Positions 34,783 through 44,347 of a stretch of 55,935 bases of DNA are shown in pieces. The translations under genes were made by a program, and so were the position numbers. The notes beneath the pieces were generated by a model. The model did no database searches and was not told the DNA's origin. It worked only from the letters and a program-made list of their open reading frames with translations. Position 1 is the stretch's first letter; each line of letters starts with the position of its first letter. This stretch comes from a virus (lineage: Duplodnaviria > Caudoviricetes). The stretch is from IMG/VR virus record IMGVR_UViG_3300042391_000478, positions 1 to 55,935 of that record. One strand, given 5' to 3'.

Positions 34783-36183
34783 ATGAAACTCGCAAAAAAT
34801 CTTATTCTCAACACTGACAGTTATAAAGTCAGTATGTGGAAACAATATCCAGCAGGTACCACCGGTGTATACAGTTACATTGAATCCCGAGGCGGGCGAT
34901 ACGATCGTACTGTATTCTTCGGACTCCAGGCTTTTATCAAAGAGTACCTTCTCGAACCCATCACTCAATCAGACATTGATGTCGCTGACGAAATCCTTAC
35001 CGCACACGGTGAGCCTTTCAACAGAGCAGGATGGCAATACATACTTGACAAGCACCGTGGATTTCTCCCGGTTGTCATTCGGGCAGTTCCAGAAGGAACA
35101 GTGGTGCCCGTCAAAAATGTACTTGCAACTATTGAAAACACAGACCCAGAATGCTTCTGGTTGACCACTTGGTTGGAAACTGCCTTGCTTCGTGCAGTGT
35201 GGTATGGTACTACTGTGGCAACACAGAGTTATACAATTAAACAAGTCATTCTTGACTACTTGGAGAGAACTGGTGACCCTAGTACTATTGATTTTAAGTT
35301 ACATGACTTTGGTGCTCGTGGTGTTAGCAGTTTGGAATCGGCTGGCATTGGTTCTGCCGCCCACCTTGTCAACTTTATGGGCACTGATACTATTAGTGGT
35401 GTTTTGTTTGCTCGTGAGTATTACAATGCCGGTATCGCTGGCTTTAGTATCCCAGCCGCAGAACACTCAACTATTACCAGTTGGGGTCGTGACGGGGAAG
35501 TAGATGCTTATCGTAATATGCTTAATAACTTTGCTTCACCTGGTAGCATTCTTGCTGTCGTGTCGGATAGTTATGATATCTATAATGCAGTTGAAAACCT
35601 CTGGGGTGGAGAACTACGACAACAAGTTATTGACAGCGGTGCTACAGTTGTTATTCGTCCAGACAGTGGTGACCCTGTTGAAGTTAACCGTAAGTTGATT
35701 GAGATCCTCGGATCAAAATTTGGCTACACTACTAACAGCAAAGGCTTCAAAGTACTCAACAATGTGCGTCTGATCCAAGGCGATGGCATCAACGAACTTA
35801 CTGTTCGTACAATCCTTGGTGCGTTTATGGCCATGGGATGGAGTGCCGATAACATTGCATTTGGTATGGGCGGCGCCCTGCTACAGATTGTGGATCGCGA
35901 TACACAGCGTTTTGCAATGAAAGCTTCGAGTGCGGAGATTAACGGTAAATGGATCGATGTACAAAAAGATCCAATTACTGACGCAGGTAAGAAGTCAAAG
36001 GCGGGTCGTGTTACCTTGTGGACCAACAGTGGCGGCGAGTTTGCTTCTAGTGTTGCCGCACCTACTGGATGGACTGACAAGGGTATCGGAGAATGGACTG
36101 AAGCATTAGTTCCAGTGTTTTGGAACGGCAACCTTCACAAAGATTACACCTTTGACGAAGTTCGGGCAAATGCTCGTAAATAA
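34783..36183 (+). CDS. nadV: Nicotinamide phosphoribosyltransferase (Nampt)
   Basis: TDSYK, LHDFGARG, IPAAEHS, VVSDSYD, VIRPDSGDP, IQGDG, FGMGG, RDT. Confidence 0.95.
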   Translation: MKLAKNLILNTDSYKVSMWKQYPAGTTGVYSYIESRGGRYDRTVFFGLQAFIKEYLLEPITQSDIDVADEILTAHGEPFNRAGWQYILDKHRGFLPVVIRAVPEGTVVPVKNVLATIENTDPECFWLTTWLETALLRAVWYGTTVATQSYTIKQVILDYLERTGDPSTIDFKLHDFGARGVSSLESAGIGSAAHLVNFMGTDTISGVLFAREYYNAGIAGFSIPAAEHSTITSWGRDGEVDAYRNMLNNFASPGSILAVVSDSYDIYNAVENLWGGELRQQVIDSGATVVIRPDSGDPVEVNRKLIEILGSKFGYTTNSKGFKVLNNVRLIQGDGINELTVRTILGAFMAMGWSADNIAFGMGGALLQIVDRDTQRFAMKASSAEINGKWIDVQKDPITDAGKKSKAGRVTLWTNSGGEFASSVAAPTGWTDKGIGEWTEALVPVFWNGNLHKDYTFDEVRANARK

Positions 36184-36209
36184 TAAAAGGGCTTCGGCCC
36201 TTTTATTTT
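36182..36209 (+). terminator. Intrinsic terminator with C(UUCG)G loop
   Basis: AATAAAAGGGC-TTCG-GCCCTTTTATT. Confidence 0.9.
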
Positions 36210-36254
36210 GGCTAATTTTCTCTCAATGAGTTCAACTTTTGGCACCATTGACAG

Positions 36255-36283
36255 TTGACAATGCTCGAGATCCTTGCTATAAT
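36255..36283 (+). promoter_or_regulatory. sigma70 promoter of rIIA
   Basis: TTGACA (36255-36260) N17 TATAAT (36278-36283) with TG. Confidence 0.9.
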
Positions 36284-36319
36284 ACATACATAGCGAAACA
36301 CACACAGAAAGGTTTTTAG

Positions 36320-38488
36320 ATGATTATTAACAACACTCCGCAAAACGAAGCAGTTTTGAGTAACGTTGGCGAAATTGGCGAGTTCCGTATTCGTAACTCT
36401 GCCAAAGCGTTTAGTATTTTGAGTTCAGGCTTGTATGCCAACAAGGTTCGTGCTATTGTGCGTGAATTGAGTTGTAATGCTGTAGACAGTCATACTGCCG
36501 CTGGCAAACAAGATACTCCATTTGATGTACATCTGCCAAATACTTTGGAACCTTGGTTTGCTATTCGCGACTACGGAACTGGACTGAGCCATGAACAAGT
36601 TACTAATATCTACACAACCTATTTTGAATCTACTAAAACAGACAGCAACGACTACATTGGTGCGTTGGGTTTGGGTTCTAAGTCTCCTTTTAGTTACACT
36701 GATAACTTTACTGTAACCGCTATCAAGGACGGCATCAAGGGTATCTATACTGCTTTCATTAACGAATCGGGCGTACCTAGTATTGCTAAGATGATGGACG
36801 AAGCTAGTGATGAGCCATCGGGTGTTGAAGTTAAGTTCTCAGTTAACGATCGTTGGGACTTTGACAAGTTCCGTCAAGAAGCTCGTCAAGTTTATACATA
36901 CTTTAAATTGCGGCCTGTTATCTCAGGTAACTCCGACTTCACATTTGTCAATGTAGAGTACGAAACTGAAAATATTATTCCAGGAGTGCATTGCTACAAA
37001 AGTGCCAGCCGTAGTGTTGCTATTATGGGTAATATTGCCTATCCAATCGATGTGCCTGCTGCAGACACTAACCTAGGTGAATTGCGGGCATTGTTGAACG
37101 GTGGATTAGAATTGCACTTTGCCATCGGTGAGTTGGACTTCCAAGCATCGCGTGAAGGCTTGTCATATATCCCAAGCACTATTGAAAGCATCAAACGAAA
37201 GTTAGAGGCTGTTAATACACAGTTGGCCGTTCATATTGCTACGGAAGCAGATGCCATTGCTAACTTGTGGGAACGTGCAGACTTTCTTGTTAAAAAGAGA
37301 AGCAACGGACTTTGGTCTGCAGCTGTCAATAAGTATGCCATTGACACTAAATTGTCCACATTAGACACAGGCCGGTACGGCGGTGTTGCTTTGTTTAAAT
37401 TAGGTGTTGAGGATCTTGCTAAGAAATTCAACATTGCGCTCAAAGGTATTCAACGTACTCGAGGTAGTAAAACTTGTACCACACTAAAGCCCAATACAGA
37501 TTACGATAACAAAAAGGACGTCAACGGACAATGGGTCTACCTTAACATGTGGAGTATCACTTGCGATGTGAACGCACATTTTGTTATCAACGATACTAAG
37601 ATTGGTGCTGTTGAACGTGCTAAGTTTCACTATCGCAATCAAAAGGATCAAACAATTCACAGCCAAAATGTGTTTGTGTTGGAACCAGCTGATCGCACCA
37701 AGGATATGAAAGTCAAAGCGTTCTTCAAAGCAATTTGTAACCCTCCTGTTAAAAATATTTTCAATGCTAGTACATTAGAAAAGAAAGTACGTGCCGACAG
37801 CGGTTTGGGCAAGAACGTCACTATCATGTGTTTGCAAGAACGTGGCTCAGGTGGTTACTATCGTGAGAAAGAAATGGTGTGGCGTGATGCTGGTAAGAGC
37901 GACAGCTTTGATCCAGCTACTACATTCTATTACTTGCCGTTGAGTGGCTTTGAAGTTATCAGCAAGTGCGGTATGAGCAACGTTAAGGAGTTCTACAACG
38001 ATTTGAAAGAGTGCGGTTTGACTGGCTTGAAGACCACTATCTACGGGGTGCGTAAAGGCGATATCGACGTTATTAAAACCAAAGCAAATTGGATTAATAT
38101 TGAAGACCATATTGCTAAAGAATTGGCTAAGCCAATCGATAACAAACTTGTAATGAGTTTGGTGATGCAGGCTGTTGACAATTTTAACTTGTTGCAATAT
38201 AATAGCAACATCGTATATCATATTGCCGATAGCAATAGCCCATATGTTAAATTGGTAACACAATTTAACGGGTTCGAAAAGATTCGCTATAGCGAACTGA
38301 GTTTAAAGCGACTGTGCCAACGTTATGCTACTGGTGTAACTTTTAACCCAGAAGCGCAAGTCCAGAAGTTTGTTGATGAATGTGCAACCATTAGCAAACG
38401 TTACCCGTTGCTGCAGTTCTTGCGTTCTGCTCCTAACGAAGATGTTGCCGAGTATGTAAATTTGATTGACACCCAGAAAGGTTTTTAA
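36320..38488 (+). CDS. rIIA: rIIA-like protein (GHKL ATPase N-terminus)
   Basis: ILSSGLYANK..AIVRELSCNAVD, IRDYGTG, STK, GALGLGSKSPFSY, SREGLSY. Followed by rIIB. Confidence 0.9.
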   Translation: MIINNTPQNEAVLSNVGEIGEFRIRNSAKAFSILSSGLYANKVRAIVRELSCNAVDSHTAAGKQDTPFDVHLPNTLEPWFAIRDYGTGLSHEQVTNIYTTYFESTKTDSNDYIGALGLGSKSPFSYTDNFTVTAIKDGIKGIYTAFINESGVPSIAKMMDEASDEPSGVEVKFSVNDRWDFDKFRQEARQVYTYFKLRPVISGNSDFTFVNVEYETENIIPGVHCYKSASRSVAIMGNIAYPIDVPAADTNLGELRALLNGGLELHFAIGELDFQASREGLSYIPSTIESIKRKLEAVNTQLAVHIATEADAIANLWERADFLVKKRSNGLWSAAVNKYAIDTKLSTLDTGRYGGVALFKLGVEDLAKKFNIALKGIQRTRGSKTCTTLKPNTDYDNKKDVNGQWVYLNMWSITCDVNAHFVINDTKIGAVERAKFHYRNQKDQTIHSQNVFVLEPADRTKDMKVKAFFKAICNPPVKNIFNASTLEKKVRADSGLGKNVTIMCLQERGSGGYYREKEMVWRDAGKSDSFDPATTFYYLPLSGFEVISKCGMSNVKEFYNDLKECGLTGLKTTIYGVRKGDIDVIKTKANWINIEDHIAKELAKPIDNKLVMSLVMQAVDNFNLLQYNSNIVYHIADSNSPYVKLVTQFNGFEKIRYSELSLKRLCQRYATGVTFNPEAQVQKFVDECATISKRYPLLQFLRSAPNEDVAEYVNLIDTQKGF

Positions 38489-38490
38489 AA

Positions 38491-39537
38491 ATGGCTTATC
38501 CATATTTGATTCAAGGCTCTAACATTGTTGTTGTAATTGGCAACAAGAGCCACACTATTAGCAAGACTCACATCACTTATACAAAAGTGCTGGAAGCAAT
38601 TAAAGCAGGTGATTGGGATTCTATCCCAGACATTATCGAACCTAAAAAGGTTGTGCTGAACTATGGTGCTGGCAATGTCAGTATCCAGGGCGAAACACTC
38701 TACTGGAAAGGCAAGGAACTGAACACTGGACTATCAGTGCGTATGATTCAAATGTTGCAAGATGGTTTCCCTATCGAGCCCATGGTTAACTTCATGGAAA
38801 ACTTGTATTCAAATCCAAGTCATCGTGCAGTTACAGAACTGTACGGATTCTTGGAAAAGTGCAACTTGCCAATCACTCCAGACGGACACTTTCTTGCCTA
38901 CAAGAAAGTACGTGAAAACTACAAGGATGTCCACAGTGGCACTATGGATAATAGTGTTGGACAAGTTGTTGAAATGGAACGTCACGAAGTTAACGACAAT
39001 AAGGATCAAACCTGTTCAACTGGTCTGCACTTTTGTTCACAAAGCTACTTGACTAGTTTTGGCGGTGAACGTACTGTTATTGTTAAGATCAATCCCCGTG
39101 ATGTTGTTTCGATCCCAAGTGACTATAACGATGCTAAGGGTCGTGCTTGCCGCTACGAAGTTATCGGCGAACTCAACGTTGATCCAGCAGATGCGTTTAC
39201 TAAACCAGTGCATACAACTGCAGTCGGTAGTCAACCTGTACACGCAGGTCCTAAGTCGGGTAATAGTGCGTTTTATGCAGGCTACTCAGCAGGTTATCAA
39301 AATAGCTACAATGCCACTGATGACCACTACGGCAAAGATCGGTTGAACTATCGCGAAGGTTTTGAAAAGGGCACCGATGACAGATTGTACAGCGGTAACG
39401 AACGATATCGTTACGAATCAAAAGTGCCAGCAACTCCACGGGGTTGGACACGACACGCTGATGGTAAGATTAGTCCACCATCGGGATTCGTAGCAGTCGC
39501 TCAAACGGGTGCGTGGCCCTTTCCAACTAAGGGCTAA
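38491..39537 (+). CDS. rIIB: rIIB-like protein
   Basis: NPS..AV.ELYGFL, ITPDG.FLAYK, CSTGLH, VKINPRDVVSIP.DY...KGR.C.YEV. Confidence 0.9.
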   Translation: MAYPYLIQGSNIVVVIGNKSHTISKTHITYTKVLEAIKAGDWDSIPDIIEPKKVVLNYGAGNVSIQGETLYWKGKELNTGLSVRMIQMLQDGFPIEPMVNFMENLYSNPSHRAVTELYGFLEKCNLPITPDGHFLAYKKVRENYKDVHSGTMDNSVGQVVEMERHEVNDNKDQTCSTGLHFCSQSYLTSFGGERTVIVKINPRDVVSIPSDYNDAKGRACRYEVIGELNVDPADAFTKPVHTTAVGSQPVHAGPKSGNSAFYAGYSAGYQNSYNATDDHYGKDRLNYREGFEKGTDDRLYSGNERYRYESKVPATPRGWTRHADGKISPPSGFVAVAQTGAWPFPTKG

Positions 39538-39540
39538 TAT

Positions 39541-39717
39541 ATGATTAGACTTTGGTTAGCATTTGCCGTACTTGCCGTTCTTATTCACTTTGGCATTAGT
39601 GCTTGGAGAAAGATGGACGGTAAGGACCAATTGGCCTTGACAAAAAGCATAGGCTATAGTATACTTGTATCACTGGCAACAGTAATGTTGATGGCAGTAC
39701 TGGTAATTTTATTTTAA
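39541..39717 (+). CDS. Small 2-TM membrane protein (58 aa, not in ORF track)
   Basis: MIRLWLAFAVLAVLIHFG...SILVSLATVMLMAVLVILF*. Confidence 0.65.
   Translation: MIRLWLAFAVLAVLIHFGISAWRKMDGKDQLALTKSIGYSILVSLATVMLMAVLVILF
39637..39665 (+). promoter_or_regulatory. Intragenic sigma70 promoter upstream of the SPFH gene
   Basis: TTGACA (39637-39642) N17 TATACT (39660-39665). Confidence 0.65.
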
Positions 39718-39725
39718 GGTGTTGT

Positions 39726-39812
39726 ATGATCAATGATCGAGTCCTTAGACCCTTGTATTTTGCATTGGGTTTTGTAGTTTGTTTTTATCTTTTTTCCACT
39801 GGAGTTCTTTAA
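39726..39812 (+). CDS. 28-aa single-TM peptide (not in ORF track)
   Basis: MINDRVLRPLYFALGFVVCFYLFSTGVL*. AAGG upstream, stop abuts the SPFH ATG. Confidence 0.45.
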   Translation: MINDRVLRPLYFALGFVVCFYLFSTGVL

Positions 39813-40607
39813 ATGAAGCGTTTTTTCACTCTCTCTATTTTGGCTGCTGCTGTTTTGGCAACAGGTTGTACTCGTATTGAAACCGGTGAAGTCGGTGTGC
39901 GAGTTGGTTTTGACAAGCAGGTCCAAAGTGGAGAACTGCTTCCAGGTTCGTTCAATCAGGTACTAATCGGCGATGTGCTTACATTCCCAATCAAGGACGT
40001 CAACGTTATACTGGAGAATATGACTCCCGTGGCCAAAGATAATAGCACTATGAAAGACTTTGATGCTGTAGTTGTTTACAACATCAACCCGCAACAAGTT
40101 GCTGAGTTGTATTCAACTAAGAACAAGAGCTTTCACGCTGAAGCTAAAGGCGACACTTACGTGATGTATAACTACATTGTGCAGAATGCTCGTAATGCCA
40201 TCTACAAGGCTGCACGAAAGTACGAAGCACTGGACATGGCAGACAACCGCACTGACATGGAAAACTACATCAAAGAAGAAATCACTCGCAACCTTGCTGA
40301 AGAAAAGTTGGACGGCAGTATCATGATTAATCAGGTTATGATTCGTAATGTTGTACCTAGCGATACTGTAGTCGAATCGGCTAATGCATTGGTCCGTTCA
40401 AAGAACGAATTGAAGCAGAAGGAAGTTGAAGTTAAGACTGCCGAAGCCGAATCGCGTCGTATGGCAGCACTTGCTAACAACTCAGGTAGCTCAATTGCAT
40501 TCATGCAAGCACAGGCCATGTTGAATATCTCCGAAGGTATCAAGAACGGCAAGGTACAGACTATTGTTGTTCCTAGCAACTTCAATGCATTGATGATGCC
40601 TAAGTAA
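39813..40607 (+). CDS. SPFH/Band-7/prohibitin family lipoprotein
   Basis: LATGC lipobox, IETGEVGV, SPFH core, C-terminal coiled coil. Confidence 0.85.
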   Translation: MKRFFTLSILAAAVLATGCTRIETGEVGVRVGFDKQVQSGELLPGSFNQVLIGDVLTFPIKDVNVILENMTPVAKDNSTMKDFDAVVVYNINPQQVAELYSTKNKSFHAEAKGDTYVMYNYIVQNARNAIYKAARKYEALDMADNRTDMENYIKEEITRNLAEEKLDGSIMINQVMIRNVVPSDTVVESANALVRSKNELKQKEVEVKTAEAESRRMAALANNSGSSIAFMQAQAMLNISEGIKNGKVQTIVVPSNFNALMMPK

Positions 40608-40608
40608 T

Positions 40609-40794
40609 ATGCTCTGGACTCTAATACTATTCGCACACGTTGGTATGATGAGTGATAAGGATTCCATGGCGCTGACTTCAGTGCCTGGTTTCCGAACTCA
40701 ACAAGAATGTGTAGCAGCCGGCAAAACTGCTGAAAGAATGGCTACTGGAACAACTAAGGTTATGAAGTATACTTGTGTAGAAGTTACCAAATGA
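40609..40794 (+). CDS. Hypothetical secreted protein
   Basis: Hydrophobic N-terminus, F.TQQECVAAG...CV. Confidence 0.6.
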   Translation: MLWTLILFAHVGMMSDKDSMALTSVPGFRTQQECVAAGKTAERMATGTTKVMKYTCVEVTK

Positions 40795-40949
40795 GTAATC
40801 TCTGGTTTAATATCAGATTTGGATCGAGACATTTCCAGTTCTCTAGAGACTGGGAAGTCTCCTTCCGTATTAATCCGTATTGGATTGAAAACACACCCAC
40901 TACGTGGTTTGCAGTATATTGTCTATTTGGAAAGCAGATAGGGGTCTAG
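40791..40949 (+). CDS. Hypothetical protein (52 aa, not in ORF track)
   Basis: MSNLWFNIRFGSRHFQ. ATGA overlap, fills the gap exactly. Confidence 0.6.
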   Translation: MSNLWFNIRFGSRHFQFSRDWEVSFRINPYWIENTPTTWFAVYCLFGKQIGV

Positions 40950-40950
40950 T

Positions 40951-41223
40951 ATGTTTGATTGGTTTAAAAAGCGAGACTATAGTAACGTGATTAAATTTCC
41001 AGAAACAAAAGCAGTTCCAGATATTCCGTACGTTGTTCCACCGGAGCCAGAAAAGCCAGCTAAGATTTTTTATCGTATTGGCGTTACTGATAACAACCGG
41101 GTTGCATTCAGTATGGGCATGTCAGAAATCACAATGACTAAGTTAGGTTGTCAACAAATGATCGATCAGCTTGAAGTGTTTATGAATCAGCTAGGGGATG
41201 GGCAATGTCAGGACGAGGAATAA
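40951..41223 (+). CDS. Hypothetical protein
   Basis: 90-aa ORF in operon. Confidence 0.65.
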   Translation: MFDWFKKRDYSNVIKFPETKAVPDIPYVVPPEPEKPAKIFYRIGVTDNNRVAFSMGMSEITMTKLGCQQMIDQLEVFMNQLGDGQCQDEE

Positions 41224-41384
41224 TTGCACAGCAAGACGATGAGGTTTGCGAAATGTGCGGCAAAGTAGACGAGTGCAGGCCTTATGGACCAAACGATGAA
41301 AACATCTGTTTTGATTGTGCTATGCTAGATAACGAAACAACTACACGCAAAATGGAAGCGTATATTTTTGGAGAAAATAAGTAA
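41205..41384 (+). CDS. Small C4 zinc-finger protein (59 aa, not in ORF track)
   Basis: CEMCG...RPYGPN.ENICFDCA. TAATG-coupled to clpP. Confidence 0.65.
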   Translation: MSGRGIIAQQDDEVCEMCGKVDECRPYGPNDENICFDCAMLDNETTTRKMEAYIFGENK

Positions 41385-42004
41385 TGCCTAATTTAGTACC
41401 AATGGTTATTGAGACCGAAGCAAAAGGCGAACGTGCCTATGACATTTATAGTCGTTTGCTCAAAGACCGTGTTGTAATGCTAGACACGGATGTTAACGAG
41501 CATACATCGAGCTTGCTGGTTGCTCAGTTACTCTTTATGGAGAGTCAAGGTAATGAAGACATTAGCCTGTTTATTAACAGCCCAGGGGGGTCCGTTACCG
41601 CTGGTCTTGCTATTTACGATACCATGCAATTTATCCGCCCCGATGTAGCAACCTACGTGATTGGCCAGGCTTGTTCAATGGGCTCGTTCCTTGCACAGGC
41701 AGGAGCTCCCGGCAAACGTTTTGTGCTTCCCGAGGCTCGCACAATGATTCACCGTGTTAGTTCAGGTACCCCTGGCACACGTGGTAGCGTACACGTACAA
41801 GAACTACAGTTTGAAGATGCTAAACGCAGCTTTGAAGAAAGCCAACGTATCAATAAGCGTCTAACAGAGCTATACGTTAAGCACAATACAGCGGGTAAAA
41901 CCTACGAAGAGCTGTTTAGTGACATGAAATTTGACACATTTTTGAGTGCAGACGAAGCTGTAAAATACGGATTGGCTGACAAAGTCATTGAAAAACGCCC
42001 GTAA
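41384..42004 (+). CDS. clpP: ATP-dependent Clp protease proteolytic subunit
   Basis: LVPMVIE....GERAYDIYSRLLKDR, INSPGGSV, ACSMG (Ser), MIH, FLSA.EA..YGL.D. Confidence 0.95.
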   Translation: MPNLVPMVIETEAKGERAYDIYSRLLKDRVVMLDTDVNEHTSSLLVAQLLFMESQGNEDISLFINSPGGSVTAGLAIYDTMQFIRPDVATYVIGQACSMGSFLAQAGAPGKRFVLPEARTMIHRVSSGTPGTRGSVHVQELQFEDAKRSFEESQRINKRLTELYVKHNTAGKTYEELFSDMKFDTFLSADEAVKYGLADKVIEKRP

Positions 42005-42024
42005 AGTGCGTACATAATGATTAC

Positions 42025-42067
42025 CCGTAGTACACTATAAATACTAATGTCTAGGAGTGTACTATGG
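42025..42067 (+). promoter_or_regulatory. T4-type late promoter TATAAATA within an RBS-sequestering hairpin
   Basis: TATAAATA at 42036-42043. CCGTAGTACACT (42025-42036) pairs with AGTGTACTATGG (42056-42067), covering the SD end and AUG. Confidence 0.65.
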
Positions 42068-42792
42068 CCCGTCAGGCTTTTAATTGGTCCTTATTGGATC
42101 GTAATACGTTGTACTCAATGCTCTACAGTCTCAAATCAGAGATTGTAGATAGACGCTTACCTATTGGTGAAATTACCAAACTGTTAAGTAAGCATATTAA
42201 AAGCCATCTTCCAGTTAAAGTGCGTAGCAGTAGATACAAGCCTGTTAAAGCTGGAGAACTTTGGGTAGGCGGGGCTTACTACAGTCATTTAGACAAAGCT
42301 AAAAAGAAACGTTTCATTGAAGTAGAATTGGCTTTTCCAACAACAGCCGATACTATGAAGACCAGTCTGTATCGTTGGGAACGTATTTGTTGCTTATTTG
42401 CCGATACAATTTTACACGAAATTATACACACACGGCAATATCGAGCCCGCAATTTTAAAGATATTCCCGGCTACGAAAGTACAGCCTACTATGCCAAAGA
42501 TCGCAAAGAGCAAGAGTATTACGGCGACAGAGATGAGATGGGCGCACACAGTTTCAATCTAGCACAAGATATGATTGATAAATTCGGTTTCGATACTCGA
42601 GCTATTAAAGAATATTTGGACAGTCCAGTACCAAAACGTGTTCGTCCAAATGGTTGGGGACGCTTTATGAAGTCATTTGAGTACGATCATAGCCACCCAA
42701 AAGTGTGTCAAATGAAGCGTAAGATTATGACTCAGTTAGAAAATGCCCACAGCGGTAAACCATTCAAGACATCAAATCACTTGACATACTAG
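42064..42792 (+). CDS. HExxH zincin-like protein
   Basis: ILHEIIHTRQ ... YYGDRDEMGAHS. Confidence 0.6.
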   Translation: MARQAFNWSLLDRNTLYSMLYSLKSEIVDRRLPIGEITKLLSKHIKSHLPVKVRSSRYKPVKAGELWVGGAYYSHLDKAKKKRFIEVELAFPTTADTMKTSLYRWERICCLFADTILHEIIHTRQYRARNFKDIPGYESTAYYAKDRKEQEYYGDRDEMGAHSFNLAQDMIDKFGFDTRAIKEYLDSPVPKRVRPNGWGRFMKSFEYDHSHPKVCQMKRKIMTQLENAHSGKPFKTSNHLTY

Positions 42793-42809
42793 TCTCTAGG
42801 CTGTATAAT
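42781..42809 (+). promoter_or_regulatory. sigma70 consensus promoter of DNA ligase
   Basis: TTGACA (42781-42786) N17 TATAAT (42804-42809). Confidence 0.9.
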
Positions 42810-42842
42810 AAACAATTATACAGTTAATTATCGGAGTCAAAC

Positions 42843-44156
42843 ATGAGTCATTGTGCTAATCATATTTGGTCGTTAGAAAGCCATCCTTCTCGCCTTAATA
42901 AAGAAGCTATTATTGAAGCTATTGCCAAAGAAGGTAATGACGAGTTCTTTCATGGGTGTCAGTTGGCGCTAGATCCGATGGTTACATTTGGTATTAAACA
43001 AGTAAAGGAAAAACATGATCAAGACGGCCCTGGGCTACCTTGGGATACTTTTGTTAGCATCATTGGCGGTTTTCGTAATCGTACAGTCACCGGGAATGCT
43101 GCAAGAGATACACTTGAGGAAATGATGTCATTGGCCACTAAGGCCGAATGGAATGGTTGGTACCGACGCATTCTTATCAAAGACTTACGTTGCGGTACTA
43201 GTGAAAAAACAATTAACAAGGTTGTAGAGAAAGATTATGCCGCTTATACTATACCTATCTTCAGTTGTCAGCTTGCTCATGATAGTGCTAATCACGAGAC
43301 GAAGGTCACGGGTAAGAAAATTCTCGAGGTTAAGTTGGATGGGGTTCGAGTTATTACTATTGTATATCCTGATGGGCACGTCGATCAGTTTAGCCGTAAT
43401 GGAAAAGAGTTGGTAAACTTTCCGCATGTTAAAGAACAAATCTCTGCTGTAGTTAAGCAAGATCCGCCGCCGTACCCTGTAGTCTTAGATGGTGAGATTA
43501 TGAGTGGTACTTTCCAGGACTTGATGAAGCAGATTCATCGTAAGAGTAGTGCCAAGGCAAATGATGCTGTGCTTAACTTGTTCGACTTTGTTCCCCTCGC
43601 TGACTTTGAAAAGGGCGAGTGGGATAAAGCTCAAACAACTCGTAGTATGATGCTCAAAGCCTGGTTTGAAAAGAATGAAGCAGCATTGCCCAACGTAACA
43701 GTTGTGGCACAAGAAACTGTAGACTTGGATACTGATGCAGGCCAGAATCGTTACAAAGAAATCAACGCATTGGCCATTGCCGGTGGCTACGAAGGTATCA
43801 TGTTAAAAGATGCCGACGCGGGTTATAAGTGCAAGCGATCAGTTGCGTGGCTTAAATTAAAGCCATTCATCGAAGTGAGTCTAACAGTAGTTGCTACTGA
43901 AGAAGGTACAGGTAAGAACGCAGGTAAGATGGGTGCATTGGTATGCGAAGGTGTTGATGACGGTAAGGATATTCGGGTCAATGTTGGTAGCGGCTTTTCT
44001 GATCAACAAAGAGACGACTTTTGGAATTGTAGAGTTGATGGTCAAATTGTAGAAGTCCGTGCCGATGCTATTACGCAGAATCAAGACGGTACATATAGTC
44101 TGCGATTTCCACGCTTTAAATCATTCCGGGGGTTCGAACTAGGAGAGAAAATATGA
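42843..44156 (+). CDS. ATP-dependent DNA ligase
   Basis: EVKLDGVR, FSRNGK, LDGEI, EGIMLK, WLKLK, VGSGF, SLRFPRF. Confidence 0.95.
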   Translation: MSHCANHIWSLESHPSRLNKEAIIEAIAKEGNDEFFHGCQLALDPMVTFGIKQVKEKHDQDGPGLPWDTFVSIIGGFRNRTVTGNAARDTLEEMMSLATKAEWNGWYRRILIKDLRCGTSEKTINKVVEKDYAAYTIPIFSCQLAHDSANHETKVTGKKILEVKLDGVRVITIVYPDGHVDQFSRNGKELVNFPHVKEQISAVVKQDPPPYPVVLDGEIMSGTFQDLMKQIHRKSSAKANDAVLNLFDFVPLADFEKGEWDKAQTTRSMMLKAWFEKNEAALPNVTVVAQETVDLDTDAGQNRYKEINALAIAGGYEGIMLKDADAGYKCKRSVAWLKLKPFIEVSLTVVATEEGTGKNAGKMGALVCEGVDDGKDIRVNVGSGFSDQQRDDFWNCRVDGQIVEVRADAITQNQDGTYSLRFPRFKSFRGFELGEKI

Positions 44157-44323
44157 TCGGCAGTCATTGGAAAGATAAAGACAATAATAAATTTGTAGTG
44201 TTACATGAGGTTGTTGTAGATGGGCATGTTTGGATACATTATAGAGATGTGTTAGGAGATCCTCCCATTGAGCATAGTTGTTATAAAATAAGTTTTTTAG
44301 AGCAGTTCACGCAGGTAGATTAA
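44153..44323 (+). CDS. Hypothetical protein (56 aa, not in ORF track)
   Basis: MIGSHWKDKDNNKFVV...WIHY...SCY..SF. AGGAG SD, ATGA overlap. Confidence 0.6.
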   Translation: MIGSHWKDKDNNKFVVLHEVVVDGHVWIHYRDVLGDPPIEHSCYKISFLEQFTQVD

Positions 44324-44347
44324 ATATATTTTCAAAAGGAGTAATTT

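Noticed and set aside
29451-38503. Long antisense or alternate-frame ORFs (e.g. 29451-29984, 32975-33511, 35724-36131, 37847-38263)
   Set aside because: Shadows of well-supported + strand genes, with no motifs or RBS
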